This document shows positions 33,300 to 44,287 of a stretch of 51,437 nt of DNA, in pieces (position 1 is the first letter of the stretch; every line of letters starts with the position of its first letter). Source of the DNA: a virus; IMG/VR virus record IMGVR_UViG_3300018017_000002, positions 1-51,437 of that record; one strand, given 5' to 3'. Under the pieces are notes generated by a model, which was given only the letters and a program-made list of their open reading frames with translations, had not been told where the DNA came from and searched no databases. The position numbers and the translations under genes are program-made.

Positions 33300-34739
33300 A
33301 TGCCATTAGCACAAGTATTAGGAGATATATTAGGGGATGTAGGCAATGCAGCTTACAATCCACAGCCTAACCCTGCGTATGGAGCAGTTAAAGTTAGTCC
33401 TGATGACTATGTAAAGCATCTTAAAGCAGCAGGTATTAATTTGCCTGACAACTATCAGCCGCCACAATCTAATATGTGGCTATCACCAGATGGTAAGGAC
33501 GTTACTGACCACGTTAATCAAGGGTTATCACCCAATGACCCATTTATAAAACCCGGCTTTTGGACTAAACTAGTGTCCTCTAATGCAAGAGGAATAGCTG
33601 CTGAGAATGCACAAGCAGAGGTTAATCCTGCTATGCAAAACTCTTTTGTCCAGGCTAAAGCATTTGGAGCGACAGGAAATCCAATGATAACTGGTACTCT
33701 TGCTGGTCAATCTGGCATCAATGAGGCACACAGAATGCTAGAACAATCTAAAACTGCTCTTAATCGTTCCCCTATTGTAGAAGCTACTAATGATGCTGAG
33801 GCTTCTAATAGATTAGCGGTTACAACTGGTTCAGACCCATTGGCAATCCGACACCAAATTAATCAACTTCGCACACAACTTGGTCAAGACCCGACAGAAG
33901 CTCAAATACTAGACAATATTAATCAAATTAAATTAGGCACAACTGGACAAGAAAGAACAGATTTACCAACTACAATGGGCACAATAGCTGGTGAAGATGC
34001 ACAAAGAAATTTAGCTGCAAATTATTTTTCTGACCCATTAGCGAGCATACCATATCTTGATAGATATATTCCAGGTAAAGGCATACAAACATCTGGTGGT
34101 AACTTAGCCTTAGGGTATAGGTCTCCTAAGTGGTTAGAAATGCAAACACTCTCCAGGGGTATGCCAACTGGTGGAGCACCAACTCCTACTTCAACCGGTA
34201 ACGCTTTTATCAAAACAAATGTGGGTGGTGATATAATTTCACCTACTATTGGCAATGTCGGACAGCAAGGACAGCAATCTTCAAGCGGGCCGGATTGGTT
34301 AAATAATCCAGATGCCAAGATGGTAATGCTTGACAAGTATCCAGAAATAACTGTTGATAAAAATAGCGGACGAATTTATACCAAGGATGGGCATGATATT
34401 ACAAATGACCCAAGAATAGAACCTATTAAACAAGCGGCTATTCAACAATTCCAAGAGGAAGAACAAAATAGAAAAGATTTAGTACATGATGCTGCTAAAT
34501 CTACTATTGCTACAAAAATGGCAGTTTTGAAGGAACAACAAAAACGATTACAAGTCGCACATAACGCTTCTGGATGGCTACCTGCTGCTGCACAGGCATA
34601 TAAAACTGGTTCTCCAGACAATCCATTAGGTGTTCAAATGATAGGTAAACCTGCAGAATGGGCTGGAATTGCTACAAGTAATTATCATCCTATCAATAAA
34701 CTTAAATCTTGGATAAACAATGATTTAATTGGATACTAA
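33300..34739 (+). CDS. internal-virion/ejection-like protein (479 aa)
   Basis: Position upstream of the giant gene; Gln/Asn/Gly-rich. Confidence 0.5.
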   Translation: MPLAQVLGDILGDVGNAAYNPQPNPAYGAVKVSPDDYVKHLKAAGINLPDNYQPPQSNMWLSPDGKDVTDHVNQGLSPNDPFIKPGFWTKLVSSNARGIAAENAQAEVNPAMQNSFVQAKAFGATGNPMITGTLAGQSGINEAHRMLEQSKTALNRSPIVEATNDAEASNRLAVTTGSDPLAIRHQINQLRTQLGQDPTEAQILDNINQIKLGTTGQERTDLPTTMGTIAGEDAQRNLAANYFSDPLASIPYLDRYIPGKGIQTSGGNLALGYRSPKWLEMQTLSRGMPTGGAPTPTSTGNAFIKTNVGGDIISPTIGNVGQQGQQSSSGPDWLNNPDAKMVMLDKYPEITVDKNSGRIYTKDGHDITNDPRIEPIKQAAIQQFQEEEQNRKDLVHDAAKSTIATKMAVLKEQQKRLQVAHNASGWLPAAAQAYKTGSPDNPLGVQMIGKPAEWAGIATSNYHPINKLKSWINNDLIGY

Positions 34740-34742
34740 TTT

Positions 34743-37700
34743 ATGCCAGTAACTCCACAAGAAGCCGCTGACTTAAAAGCACAGGGTTGGACAGACCAAG
34801 AAATAGCTGGTGCTATTCCTGCTCCTAATCAACAATCTAGTAATGGACAAATATCTGGCCCACAAACTGTAGGTCGTACACTAGTAGCGCATGGTGGTGG
34901 TATATTGGGTGGCGGTCTTGGAGCTATTGGTGGTGGAGCATTAGCTGGAACAATGGTAGAACCAGGATTAGGAACCATTGCTGGTGGCATTATAGGTGCA
35001 TTAGCTGGTGGTTATGCTGGTCAAAAAGGCCAGCAAGCTATTGAATCACCTGAGACATATGAAGCTCAACAGTTGGCTGCACAACAAGCTGCTGAACAAC
35101 ATCCTAATATAGCAGAAGGAACTGACATAACTGCTGGTGCTTTGGCATCTGGTGGTATGTTCTCTCCTACAACTGCTGCAAAAGGTATTGGCGGAATTAT
35201 TGGTAAACTTACTGGAAGGGGAGCAGGAGCTTTAATAGCCGAACAAAAAGGATTAATAGGTCAAGCTGCTAAAGCTATGGCTAGTGGAAGTCAAGAGGAC
35301 ATTAATGCCATTGTCAGTAGATTAGGTACAGTAAGTAAAGCACTTCCTTCTGCGCTTGAACAAAGCAAAGCAGCACAACAAGTCCTACTACAGTCGGCCC
35401 TGAACCCTGCTATATCTACTGGATTGAGTTTAGCACAAGGACAAGGCATGCCATCAGCTAGTGAGTTAGGCAAGCAAGCTCTTGGTGGAGCTATGTTTGC
35501 TAAGTCTTGGATGCCCCATGGTAGGTTAGGTGAGCCAAATCCAGAAGTTAATAATGGCGAGTTAGCTAATGATGGCAGCCAAGAGCCGACGAGCAAACCT
35601 TGGGTATCGCCATTTACTGCTGTAGATGATGCCGGGGATTATAAGATTGGGAATAAACAAATACAAAGTTTGTTTAAGAAGAAAGACTCAGGATTCTTAC
35701 AACCTGTTCCCAAGGATGCAGATGCTATTACTAAAGCATATATCAATACGGCAAATGAGAAGTTAGCTGCATTGCCAGTTGACCAGATGCGAGAGATGTT
35801 ACACCAGAAAGCTATGGGTGAGAAGGCTAATGATATTGCAGGAGTGACAGAACCAGAAGCAGGGTTAAGGAGTGAAGAAGAACCAACAGAAGAAGAAACA
35901 CCTATTACTAGAGCTTTAATGGGGTTAGAACCTAGAGGGGAAATTAATGACAATACTAAGATTCCAACAGAAGATACTAGTGCAACTAAACCAGTATTTA
36001 CTACAGAAGTATTGCAAAAGATAATTGATAAGGGAGCAACTAAACCAGTATCAGTACAGAGAATATTTCCAAAACTTAATCTATCTATTCCAGAAGCAAC
36101 AGAGGCTTTACGTCAGGCTGACCTATTGGCTGAGTTGCATGAGAATAGACCTGAACCAGAAAGTGAGACACAAAATGCCACTGGAATACGAGAAAACACG
36201 GGACAGCCTAGTAAAACAGGGCAAGTCGCTCAAAGCAGCCAAGTCAGAAGCAGCAGCAATATGGTGGAGCAGACACCCAGGAGCGCAGAATCCATTTCAC
36301 AGGAAATCAGCAGCAAGTTACCAAAAAGCCAGGAGTATAAAGGGATAGTTCAGTCAGCTCCACAACATTCAGAGTCGGATTTCATTTCTAATGCTGCATA
36401 CATGATTCAGCATCCAGAAGAAATGGGTCTGTATAAAAATCAACAAGGAGCATTTAATGGGACACAGTTGTTAGGTACTATTAAGAATAAGATTCCATCT
36501 CTTGAATGGGAGATGCTAAAGGCTGCTGGAATAGAAAAGGCTTTTGAGGGGAGAAAGATTTCAGGAGAAGATGCGGCTAGGTGGATACAAGAGAATGAGC
36601 CGAAGGTGAAGGTGAGGAAGTTTGGGGAGGGTGGAATACAGAGAAGTCCTGAACAAGCTGAATACTCACAACTCCATCATAGTTTTTGGGATAGTTTGAA
36701 TGACTCTGATGCACGTGCTTTGAAACAAAAGTTTCTTAAAGGAGAACCTATTGGTAAATATGATGCTCCTTTGTTTGGACACCCGTTAGATGAACAGTTT
36801 ATTAAAACAGCAAATCGTTATAATGAACTAGCTCGAAAGTCTATTGATGAAGGGTGGATACAAAAGGAAAAAGCTGGTCAATCCCACTGGCAATCCATCG
36901 CACCCAAGTCCGAGAAAGACATGCCGGAGTATGCTGAGTTAGGTCTTTTAACTGATGGAAACAAAGACCTTTTCCAACCGCATCGTTTACCTCCCTATTT
37001 TAGTCGTGGACATTTAGAAGTTTTGCCTGATGGAACTCATGTTTGGGAAGTTCATGAGGTTCAGCAAGATGTAATTAAAAAGGTTAGTGATAACGAATAT
37101 AGAATTAGTCCAACAATAGCCGGAAGGGGCAAGACTGATTATTCTGAAATTACTTTTAATTCCTTTAACGAAGCAGCTAAGTTTGTCACAGAAAAAATTG
37201 ACCCTTTGTTTCCTCATTGGGAACGCTTGATGGTTAAAGCAAACATTGACCACGCTAATGAGTTGTTTGATAGACTTGGTGTTCCTAAAGAAAAGCGACG
37301 TGTTGGATTCGACGACGCAGAATCAGCGATGATGACGGAGGGGCATGATAGGCAAGCAATAAGGCTAGGACGTGATATAATATACCCAGGAGAGCCTGAC
37401 TACAAAGTCACCCAAGAACCCGGTATGCGTCTCCACTACGACCGCACTCTCCCAAAGATAGCAGAGGAGTTTACGGGGAGTAAGGGTGAGAAGGTTAGTT
37501 TTGGGGAGCATAAGAATGCAGTGCAAGTAGGTATGCATCTAGTGGATAATCTGAACACTAAAGACGAAGCAATAGCTGACATGAAGGCTACTGGTAGAAA
37601 TGAAAATGAAGTAACCATAAAACAATATGGCCCTAATAACTGGGGATATGAAAGAAATGTAGGACACAGAAAAGACCTAATCTTCCGCAACCCTGATGGC

Positions 37701-40700
37701 ACACCAAAGACGGACGTGACTGCTCGTGTATATGACATATCTAAGATACCAGAACGTCCACCTAAACTATTTGGCAAGAATTATTCTCCTCTCTCCGACT
37801 ACAATCGTTATCAAGAGCTAGATAGACAGCGTATAGCGATGGAGTCTAAGATTACTGACCCTGAGGAATTGATGGCTAATCCAGAACACCAAGCTATTAG
37901 CAAAGAACTAGAAGCTATTAAGAATAAGTATCAAGGTCAAGTTCCACCACAGTTTCCAGAGAATCATGTCTTAATGCCTATTCAATTACAGTCACACATA
38001 CTCAATGGCAAGGCTACTACTGGTAGCATACTACATGGATTAGCTAATACTCCTGACCATCCATTACAAGAGTTAGCTAGTGGACTTCTTAAAGCTTCTG
38101 ATGCTAAGTCTCTACAAGTTAAATGGAATCACGACCCCTCATTAGACTCGTCTCTTGCTGGTGCTAAACGCTCACACTATGACCCAATAACTGATAGAGT
38201 TAATATTGGTACCGGCTCAGCTGGTGATGCTAGAGTTGTTATGGAAGAAGCTGTACATAGTTTAACATCTAAGAAGATACCATTCTTCAAAGGTCAAGGT
38301 GAAGAACACTACAATAGGCTAAATACTTATCTTAAGACTGGTTCTAATGAGCATGTTAAGGATTTGATTAGGTCATATTTTGAGACGGCTAAGGCTCTTG
38401 GGATACATCCAGAATTATTTAAGGATACTGAAATGCCTCTACATCCTAAAGGTGCAGCAGGAAATCCAGATGAAGCTGTTAGTCAAATACATGGTTATGG
38501 AGCTACAACCAAATATGCAATGGGCAACCTTGACGAGTTCATTGCTCAAGCTATTAAAGACCCTGAGTTCCAACGAGTATTAAATGGCATTAAGACAACT
38601 GACAATCGTACAGTTTGGCAAACAATAGTTGATGCTGTGCGAAATTTACTTGGCCTAGATGCTAAAGCTGGTTCTATGTTAGATAGAGTACTCAGAACTT
38701 CTGGTGAGTTAATTAGTCAAGAGAGACCAGAAGGATTGACTAGCATTAAGGATAGAGTTAATGCCCCACCAAAAGAAGGTGAACATGTAACACCAGAACT
38801 CAAACCCTTCTTTGGTCGTGCTGGTAGATTTTTTCAGAATGCTATAGAAAGGGCTAGAACAGTAGCACCAGAAGTGTCTGATGCATACCATAGATTCTAC
38901 AATGCCCGCTCTGAGATATTTGGTAAGGTTTATGGTAATGTAAAGAATGTAATGAATCGAACTGGATTTACTACAGAAGATGGAAAACGATTAATAGAAG
39001 CTCAACGACAAGAAGAATTAACTGGCAAGCCTATAGCTACAACATTCTTTAAGAATAATGCTCAGCGACAAGTTTGGAATGAGTATAAGTTACGATACAA
39101 AGAACAAGGTGAAGAAGCCGTCAAAGACAAGCAGCCAGTGTATGACTACAATCAGCATCAGTTTCGCATTAGACAACTGTCAGATACATCTCACCCTATG
39201 ATGCTTAATCCTAAAATTGGGGAGATACTACGAGCTAACACTGACACAGAGAAAGTCGACCAACTTAAACAGGATTTCCTAGATAATCAGAAAGCTCATG
39301 GTGTCAGTTTGACTGATGCTCAAGAGAACTTAGCAACTGAACTTAAAGCCATGCAAGGTACTGCCTCCAATACTGGTTCAGGAAGTATGGCACATTTTAA
39401 TGCTAATAGACGTGCTCAAGGGATACCTCTCCCACCCTCTTGGCAGAGAGATAACTTCGAACAGAACTTAAGAGCATATGCCTCTCGTAATGCTGGTGAC
39501 AGAGCACACTATAAATACATCGAGTCTAATCCATCTGTTATGGCTCAGTTAGGAGAAACTCATGATGCATGGGGTCGTCCTATTCCGCCAACAAATAAGC
39601 CAGTTGTTGCTGGCAATCAGTTTGTTAAATCATTAATCAATGAATCAAAAGGAGAAGTTGGCCCACAAGGATTCTATACTGAACGTGCTGGTTCATCAAC
39701 TGCAACTGCTCTGTTCATATCTTCTCCTGCTTTGTCTGCTGTTCATGTACCTATATCTAATATATCTGGTATTGTCGGGCTAACTAGAAATCCTATTGAG
39801 ACAGGTAGAACTCTGTTAGCTGGACTAAAAGGCATGTATAGTGGAGTAGCAACTGCTAATAAGAATGGACTGGTTATTCCAATGGCTAGACCAGTATCAG
39901 ACATATGGGATTCTTCTTTAACTACTGCCGAGCACTTTCAAGCTATGTCCTCTTTAGTTCGCAGATTTGGTTCTCTTAATGATATAGTTACAAAAGGTAA
40001 TATTGGATATATGCAGTCGGCCATGGAATTCTTAGTACCTAAAAGGCTCGCTCAAGCTAACCATGGTGAGGGTGTTGGTAGCAAAACATCTCAACAATGG
40101 TTACGTAAGTTAGACCCTGACTTTACTATTGGCAAGCAATACTCACCAGATGAAATACAACAATTAGCATCTAGGGCCGTTGGCTATCTACATGGTACTA
40201 ATGACCCACGTTCAATGCCAGAATGGATGATGCGTGACAGTGAGATTTCAGGCTTCTTTTCTATTGCTCATTGGTCAGTTGCTCAGACAGATAGATTTAT
40301 GCGTGATATATGGACACCAGCAACTAAGGGAGACTTAACTCCACTAGTCGCATCTATGTTTGGTGCGACACTAGGTGGATATATTATCAAAGAATTGAGA
40401 GAACAAATATCTGGCAAGCATTCTCCAATACCCTCTTTGCAAGAGATAGCCGCATCAGATAGGCAGTTCAAAGGTAACGCTGGCCCATTAGCATATAACA
40501 TGATTTCTGCATTACAGTATGCAGGATTTGGCGGAGTGTTTAGTCAAATTGCCAAGTGGCCATTTGATGTTGCATACAAAAATATTCCACAAGCCGCTGC
40601 ATTTCCATTGGATGAAGAAATAACAGATATAGGTGGTACTATATCTAATGTAGCATCTGCTCTGGCAAATGACCCGAACATCAACTATGTTGACTTAGCT

Positions 40701-41210
40701 AAGAATGTAATGGCTCATGTACTTACATCTGACTTTAGGTTAGCTAGAGAAGGGTATAATCAGTTAATTAACAATGGGATGATTACTGGAACTCTTGCTG
40801 AGAAGAAAGTATTATCAGATAAGATGGGTCAACTTAGACGATTTGAACAGGTTGAAGGATTGCCATTCAATGCACAAGATGCTAGTAATGCAAATCCATA
40901 CATGAATATTGAGCAGAAACAATTTAAGATGGAACAGAATCCACAGAAAGCAATGGCTATGTTGCCAGGATTGATTAGTAATATTATACAGAACTATTCT
41001 AATACTCCCGATGTAATGATGAGTAAGTTAAAAGCTCTAAAAGAGAACTCTTATGAAACTTTCCCATCAATGGAAGAAATGCCTCTGTCCTTCTTTAAAT
41101 ATATTGGGTACTTGAATAGAGAAGAAGGGCCAGAGGCAGCGAATAAAGAGTTACAAGACTATATGAAACGGAGGGTTATTAATGAGGCCAAGTCGAGTGT
41201 CATACCTTGA
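34743..41210 (+). CDS. giant virion protein (2155 aa), likely an internal core/ejection protein
   Basis: Uninterrupted 6.5-kb ORF; N-terminal glycine-zipper segment ...GGGILGGGLGAIGGGALAGT...GTIAGGIIGALAGGYAG...; last gene of the structural arm. Confidence 0.7.
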   Translation: MPVTPQEAADLKAQGWTDQEIAGAIPAPNQQSSNGQISGPQTVGRTLVAHGGGILGGGLGAIGGGALAGTMVEPGLGTIAGGIIGALAGGYAGQKGQQAIESPETYEAQQLAAQQAAEQHPNIAEGTDITAGALASGGMFSPTTAAKGIGGIIGKLTGRGAGALIAEQKGLIGQAAKAMASGSQEDINAIVSRLGTVSKALPSALEQSKAAQQVLLQSALNPAISTGLSLAQGQGMPSASELGKQALGGAMFAKSWMPHGRLGEPNPEVNNGELANDGSQEPTSKPWVSPFTAVDDAGDYKIGNKQIQSLFKKKDSGFLQPVPKDADAITKAYINTANEKLAALPVDQMREMLHQKAMGEKANDIAGVTEPEAGLRSEEEPTEEETPITRALMGLEPRGEINDNTKIPTEDTSATKPVFTTEVLQKIIDKGATKPVSVQRIFPKLNLSIPEATEALRQADLLAELHENRPEPESETQNATGIRENTGQPSKTGQVAQSSQVRSSSNMVEQTPRSAESISQEISSKLPKSQEYKGIVQSAPQHSESDFISNAAYMIQHPEEMGLYKNQQGAFNGTQLLGTIKNKIPSLEWEMLKAAGIEKAFEGRKISGEDAARWIQENEPKVKVRKFGEGGIQRSPEQAEYSQLHHSFWDSLNDSDARALKQKFLKGEPIGKYDAPLFGHPLDEQFIKTANRYNELARKSIDEGWIQKEKAGQSHWQSIAPKSEKDMPEYAELGLLTDGNKDLFQPHRLPPYFSRGHLEVLPDGTHVWEVHEVQQDVIKKVSDNEYRISPTIAGRGKTDYSEITFNSFNEAAKFVTEKIDPLFPHWERLMVKANIDHANELFDRLGVPKEKRRVGFDDAESAMMTEGHDRQAIRLGRDIIYPGEPDYKVTQEPGMRLHYDRTLPKIAEEFTGSKGEKVSFGEHKNAVQVGMHLVDNLNTKDEAIADMKATGRNENEVTIKQYGPNNWGYERNVGHRKDLIFRNPDGTPKTDVTARVYDISKIPERPPKLFGKNYSPLSDYNRYQELDRQRIAMESKITDPEELMANPEHQAISKELEAIKNKYQGQVPPQFPENHVLMPIQLQSHILNGKATTGSILHGLANTPDHPLQELASGLLKASDAKSLQVKWNHDPSLDSSLAGAKRSHYDPITDRVNIGTGSAGDARVVMEEAVHSLTSKKIPFFKGQGEEHYNRLNTYLKTGSNEHVKDLIRSYFETAKALGIHPELFKDTEMPLHPKGAAGNPDEAVSQIHGYGATTKYAMGNLDEFIAQAIKDPEFQRVLNGIKTTDNRTVWQTIVDAVRNLLGLDAKAGSMLDRVLRTSGELISQERPEGLTSIKDRVNAPPKEGEHVTPELKPFFGRAGRFFQNAIERARTVAPEVSDAYHRFYNARSEIFGKVYGNVKNVMNRTGFTTEDGKRLIEAQRQEELTGKPIATTFFKNNAQRQVWNEYKLRYKEQGEEAVKDKQPVYDYNQHQFRIRQLSDTSHPMMLNPKIGEILRANTDTEKVDQLKQDFLDNQKAHGVSLTDAQENLATELKAMQGTASNTGSGSMAHFNANRRAQGIPLPPSWQRDNFEQNLRAYASRNAGDRAHYKYIESNPSVMAQLGETHDAWGRPIPPTNKPVVAGNQFVKSLINESKGEVGPQGFYTERAGSSTATALFISSPALSAVHVPISNISGIVGLTRNPIETGRTLLAGLKGMYSGVATANKNGLVIPMARPVSDIWDSSLTTAEHFQAMSSLVRRFGSLNDIVTKGNIGYMQSAMEFLVPKRLAQANHGEGVGSKTSQQWLRKLDPDFTIGKQYSPDEIQQLASRAVGYLHGTNDPRSMPEWMMRDSEISGFFSIAHWSVAQTDRFMRDIWTPATKGDLTPLVASMFGATLGGYIIKELREQISGKHSPIPSLQEIAASDRQFKGNAGPLAYNMISALQYAGFGGVFSQIAKWPFDVAYKNIPQAAAFPLDEEITDIGGTISNVASALANDPNINYVDLAKNVMAHVLTSDFRLAREGYNQLINNGMITGTLAEKKVLSDKMGQLRRFEQVEGLPFNAQDASNANPYMNIEQKQFKMEQNPQKAMAMLPGLISNIIQNYSNTPDVMMSKLKALKENSYETFPSMEEMPLSFFKYIGYLNREEGPEAANKELQDYMKRRVINEAKSSVIP

Positions 41211-41213
41211 AAT

Positions 41214-41387
41214 TTATACATTTTGTCTTTCTTTTTCTTGTGCCATAGTATCTAAAAATATTTTTAAGTGTTCTGGTTCCTTATCATGTGTAACCTTACA
41301 TATAACTTTAAGTCCAACCATTGATAAGGTCTTTACTACTAGATAACTTTTATCATCAGATAAACTAATAATCACATTTTCATTCAT
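41214..41387 (-). CDS. hypothetical small protein (57 aa)
   Basis: Below the track cutoff; MNENVIISLSDDKSYLVVK...; ATG overlaps the MazG stop. Confidence 0.35.
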   Translation of the reverse strand: MNENVIISLSDDKSYLVVKTLSMVGLKVICKVTHDKEPEHLKIFLDTMAQEKERQNV

Positions 41388-41704
41388 ACTTTCCCATCCT
41401 TCTTATTTTTAGTCCAATCTCTTTTCTTGACTTCTTCCCAAGTGTTCGATACTGCCATACTTAAGTCAATATCATTCTGTTCACAATAGTCAGCTAGATA
41501 TATTACAATATCACCTATTGCATCTATCTTAGACATAGTATGCTCAATATCCATACCTCTAATACCTTGCTCTGCTTTCAAATGAGCATGACATAGTTCA
41601 CCAACTTCTTCTGACACACCAAGCAATGGTTGATGTTTCTGTTTATTAGGAAAGTTCTTAGCAGACCATTCTGCTACTTCAATTTGTAATTTTGTTAAGT
41701 TCAT
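41384..41704 (-). CDS. MazG-like nucleoside triphosphate pyrophosphohydrolase
   Basis: 106 aa; ...LLGVSEEVGELCHAHLKAEQG...IGDIVIYLADYC... typical all-alpha MazG motifs. Confidence 0.7.
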   Translation of the reverse strand: MNLTKLQIEVAEWSAKNFPNKQKHQPLLGVSEEVGELCHAHLKAEQGIRGMDIEHTMSKIDAIGDIVIYLADYCEQNDIDLSMAVSNTWEEVKKRDWTKNKKDGKV

Positions 41705-43086
41705 ATTGCTTTGTATATCATGTATGTTTTATGTGTAATTTTATCCTCAGCAGAATCCTCTATTATCTTACCAGTTCCTATCAAATGTCCTAGAACATCC
41801 TCTGCTGATTTCTTACCTTGTGGTAATGATTTCCAGAACTCCATCACTATATCAACCATTGTTGTTGTATGCCTTTCGCCAATATAGTGAAATATCCTGT
41901 CTGTCACTTTAGCTAAAGGATTATCAGTCTCAGACTGCAAAGCTAAATGCATGGTAGGTTCTTCTTTGTCTAATATCTCTATAGCTCGTTTAACTTCATC
42001 TATGCCAATAGTCATATTATTATTCTGAATACCACCATAATCATTCTCAGAAAAGTGTTCAGCCATAGCTACTTTCTTAACCATTATTAGTTTTCTAGTA
42101 TAATAATGTATTAACTTTGGCGAGCTATTAATTCGATTTTTAGGGTTAGAATCAAATTCTATCCACCAATCATCTAAGTATTTAGCAGCTTCAGGAGTAA
42201 ATTTAACCTGACCATATAACTTAGCTAGATTCTTTATATGAGCTAACAACTCTGCTCTATATCTAGCTTGTTCAGGAGTTGGTTCTGGTATATCTGACAC
42301 TGACTTACGATTCTTAGTTGCACAGATAAATAAACATCTAGCAGCAAATCCAGTACCTATTAACTTGTCATTTGATATTTCTTCCATGAAGTCAGGAGTA
42401 GTTCCAGCTAAGAAATTAAGGCATCCTCTACGCACTCTGTCCTCTCCATTATTCTTAGTTTTGTATTCATAGTCTAAAGGGCAGCCATGAAGTCCATTTA
42501 TGTAATGGATTACACTGTCAGCTTTCTTTCTAAAAAGACTACCTAGCTCGTCAAGACAAAAGAACATTGAGCAATGATAGTATATGTCCATCTTAGGTTC
42601 GCCAGAACCATTCATGTATGTAAAGTTAATTCTTCTACCAGCCTTGGACATGCTATCTACTAACGCTTCGTATGTAGTAGCATCAGGTGCATAAGGGAAT
42701 AGAGTAGCATCCACTTTCTCACCACCACGTTTAAGCTTCATAGTAGATGCTTCTGCATCCTCAAGGTTAGCCTGCTCTACTTTCTCTATTACTAATTTCT
42801 CTTGTTCAGAGGATTTATCATGAACGGTATTGAAGTCTTTTTTCTTGTGATATTTTAGGAACTCCATCACGCGAGTTAGCACTAATGATTTGCCAGTCCC
42901 TGGCGGGCCATATAGAATGCCATACATATTGCCAAATAATGGATTAGTACCATTCTTAGGGTCAGCACCAAATGCCACTCTACGTTGTAATGATGCGGCC
43001 ACAATGAATCGCCAGCCCCATTGGACGTATCTATCAGGGCTAGGCAGAGCATCATTGTAGGCCATCCATTTGTCAAAGTTGGTCAT
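41701..43086 (-). CDS. AAA+/P-loop ATPase, candidate replicative helicase or loader
   Basis: 461 aa; Walker A ...GILYGPPGTGKSLVL..., Walker B ...MFFCLDELGSLF...; adjacent to the polymerase. Confidence 0.6.
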   Translation of the reverse strand: MTNFDKWMAYNDALPSPDRYVQWGWRFIVAASLQRRVAFGADPKNGTNPLFGNMYGILYGPPGTGKSLVLTRVMEFLKYHKKKDFNTVHDKSSEQEKLVIEKVEQANLEDAEASTMKLKRGGEKVDATLFPYAPDATTYEALVDSMSKAGRRINFTYMNGSGEPKMDIYYHCSMFFCLDELGSLFRKKADSVIHYINGLHGCPLDYEYKTKNNGEDRVRRGCLNFLAGTTPDFMEEISNDKLIGTGFAARCLFICATKNRKSVSDIPEPTPEQARYRAELLAHIKNLAKLYGQVKFTPEAAKYLDDWWIEFDSNPKNRINSSPKLIHYYTRKLIMVKKVAMAEHFSENDYGGIQNNNMTIGIDEVKRAIEILDKEEPTMHLALQSETDNPLAKVTDRIFHYIGERHTTTMVDIVMEFWKSLPQGKKSAEDVLGHLIGTGKIIEDSAEDKITHKTYMIYKAI

Positions 43087-43235
43087 ACTTTATTAGGAAA
43101 GAAATACTTTCTAGTAGCATGTAACCTCTTTTGTTTTCTAATCCATCCTGATTTCTTTTGATATGACCATCTTAATTCTTTTTTAAGATAGTGTGCTGCT
43201 AAATAAATAGCTAGAAATTCATATTTATCTTTCAT
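43083..43235 (-). CDS. hypothetical small basic protein (50 aa)
   Basis: Below the track cutoff; ATGA overlaps at both ends link it to the polymerase C-part and the ATPase. Confidence 0.35.
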   Translation of the reverse strand: MKDKYEFLAIYLAAHYLKKELRWSYQKKSGWIRKQKRLHATRKYFFPNKV

Positions 43236-44287
43236 ATAGCTAAAGTTTTCAGTCCCATCGGATTATCTTTCTCTTTGAATGGTGCCCAATTAAGGCCCAC
43301 TTGAGTCTCAGATTTCATATTGAATACTACTCCATCAACAGGTGATGTAAACTCCTGTTCAATAAATTCTTTCTGTTTTCTTCCGCACTGCATTGCTTCT
43401 TCTATAGGACATTGAGATACTATGCTGTCATGGCCATTAAGTAACAAGTCCCAATCAAGATGATTAGTCTCTATGTATTCCTGCATTGCACAGTATGCTC
43501 TGTTAGTTATCTCACCTACCGTTGATTGCGGAGTCCATGCATAGAATGATTTATAGTCTTGTTCCGATGGACTATGCTGACTAAGATAATAAGGAGCTCC
43601 AAAGAAGTTATAAAGTATTCTTGTCTTTTCAGCTTGATAACGAACTCGCCTATTACGTTCAGGAATTTCAGGAAATAACGAACGATGTATTACTAGAAAT
43701 CTAGTGGCTTCGTCCATTGGGAGAGATATTTTTCCGCCAGATTTCTCCAAAACATTCATTCTAAATGCTTGTGCTTGTACATCATAGTTAGCACTAAGAT
43801 TAGTTTGTTTGCCAAAATAATAATATCGTTTAGATGATGGCCAGTTGTCAGTCTCTTTTATTAGATGCGACAAATCTTTCCAGTATGGATTAGATTTTAG
43901 TGCTTGTATAGGCGTCTTTAGTACATCTTGTATATCAAATCCTGGTACATCTTTCATTTCTTTTTGCCATACATAAGGAAACAAATGAGCACTAACATAC
44001 ACATGAGAATGTACTCCATGAATGAATAGCTGTCTATATGGGCCAGCTTCACAATCATATCCCATGATAAGAGCTTCGGCTCCGGCTTGGTCAGTCTGAA
44101 CCAAAATCTTACCATCATCAGGTACATATATCTGACGCATTGATTTCTCAATGTTTTGTAAGTTACCACCAAAACCTATCTTCTTCAACTTGCCATTGAT
44201 ATACTGTTTCTTAGGCATAATTTGCCTAGAACGCAGACGAAAAGATTCTGCGCCAGCTACATGCCACATACAGGAATCTCTAATCAT
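43232..44287 (-). CDS. family-A DNA polymerase, C-terminal part (palm/fingers)
   Basis: 351 aa; ...FGGNLQNIEK..., motif A ...VQTDQAGAEALIMGY..., motif B-like ...KRYYYFGKQTNLSANYD..., motif C ...LLNGHDSIVSQ... Confidence 0.8.
   Translation of the reverse strand: MIRDSCMWHVAGAESFRLRSRQIMPKKQYINGKLKKIGFGGNLQNIEKSMRQIYVPDDGKILVQTDQAGAEALIMGYDCEAGPYRQLFIHGVHSHVYVSAHLFPYVWQKEMKDVPGFDIQDVLKTPIQALKSNPYWKDLSHLIKETDNWPSSKRYYYFGKQTNLSANYDVQAQAFRMNVLEKSGGKISLPMDEATRFLVIHRSLFPEIPERNRRVRYQAEKTRILYNFFGAPYYLSQHSPSEQDYKSFYAWTPQSTVGEITNRAYCAMQEYIETNHLDWDLLLNGHDSIVSQCPIEEAMQCGRKQKEFIEQEFTSPVDGVVFNMKSETQVGLNWAPFKEKDNPMGLKTLAI

Noticed and set aside
34985-35000. TGGCAT-TATAG-GTGCA on the + strand
   Set aside because: The spacing is correct, but the site lies inside the 2155-aa ORF, has GTGCA rather than WTGCT, and lacks the flanking ATA. 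It is most likely a chance match.
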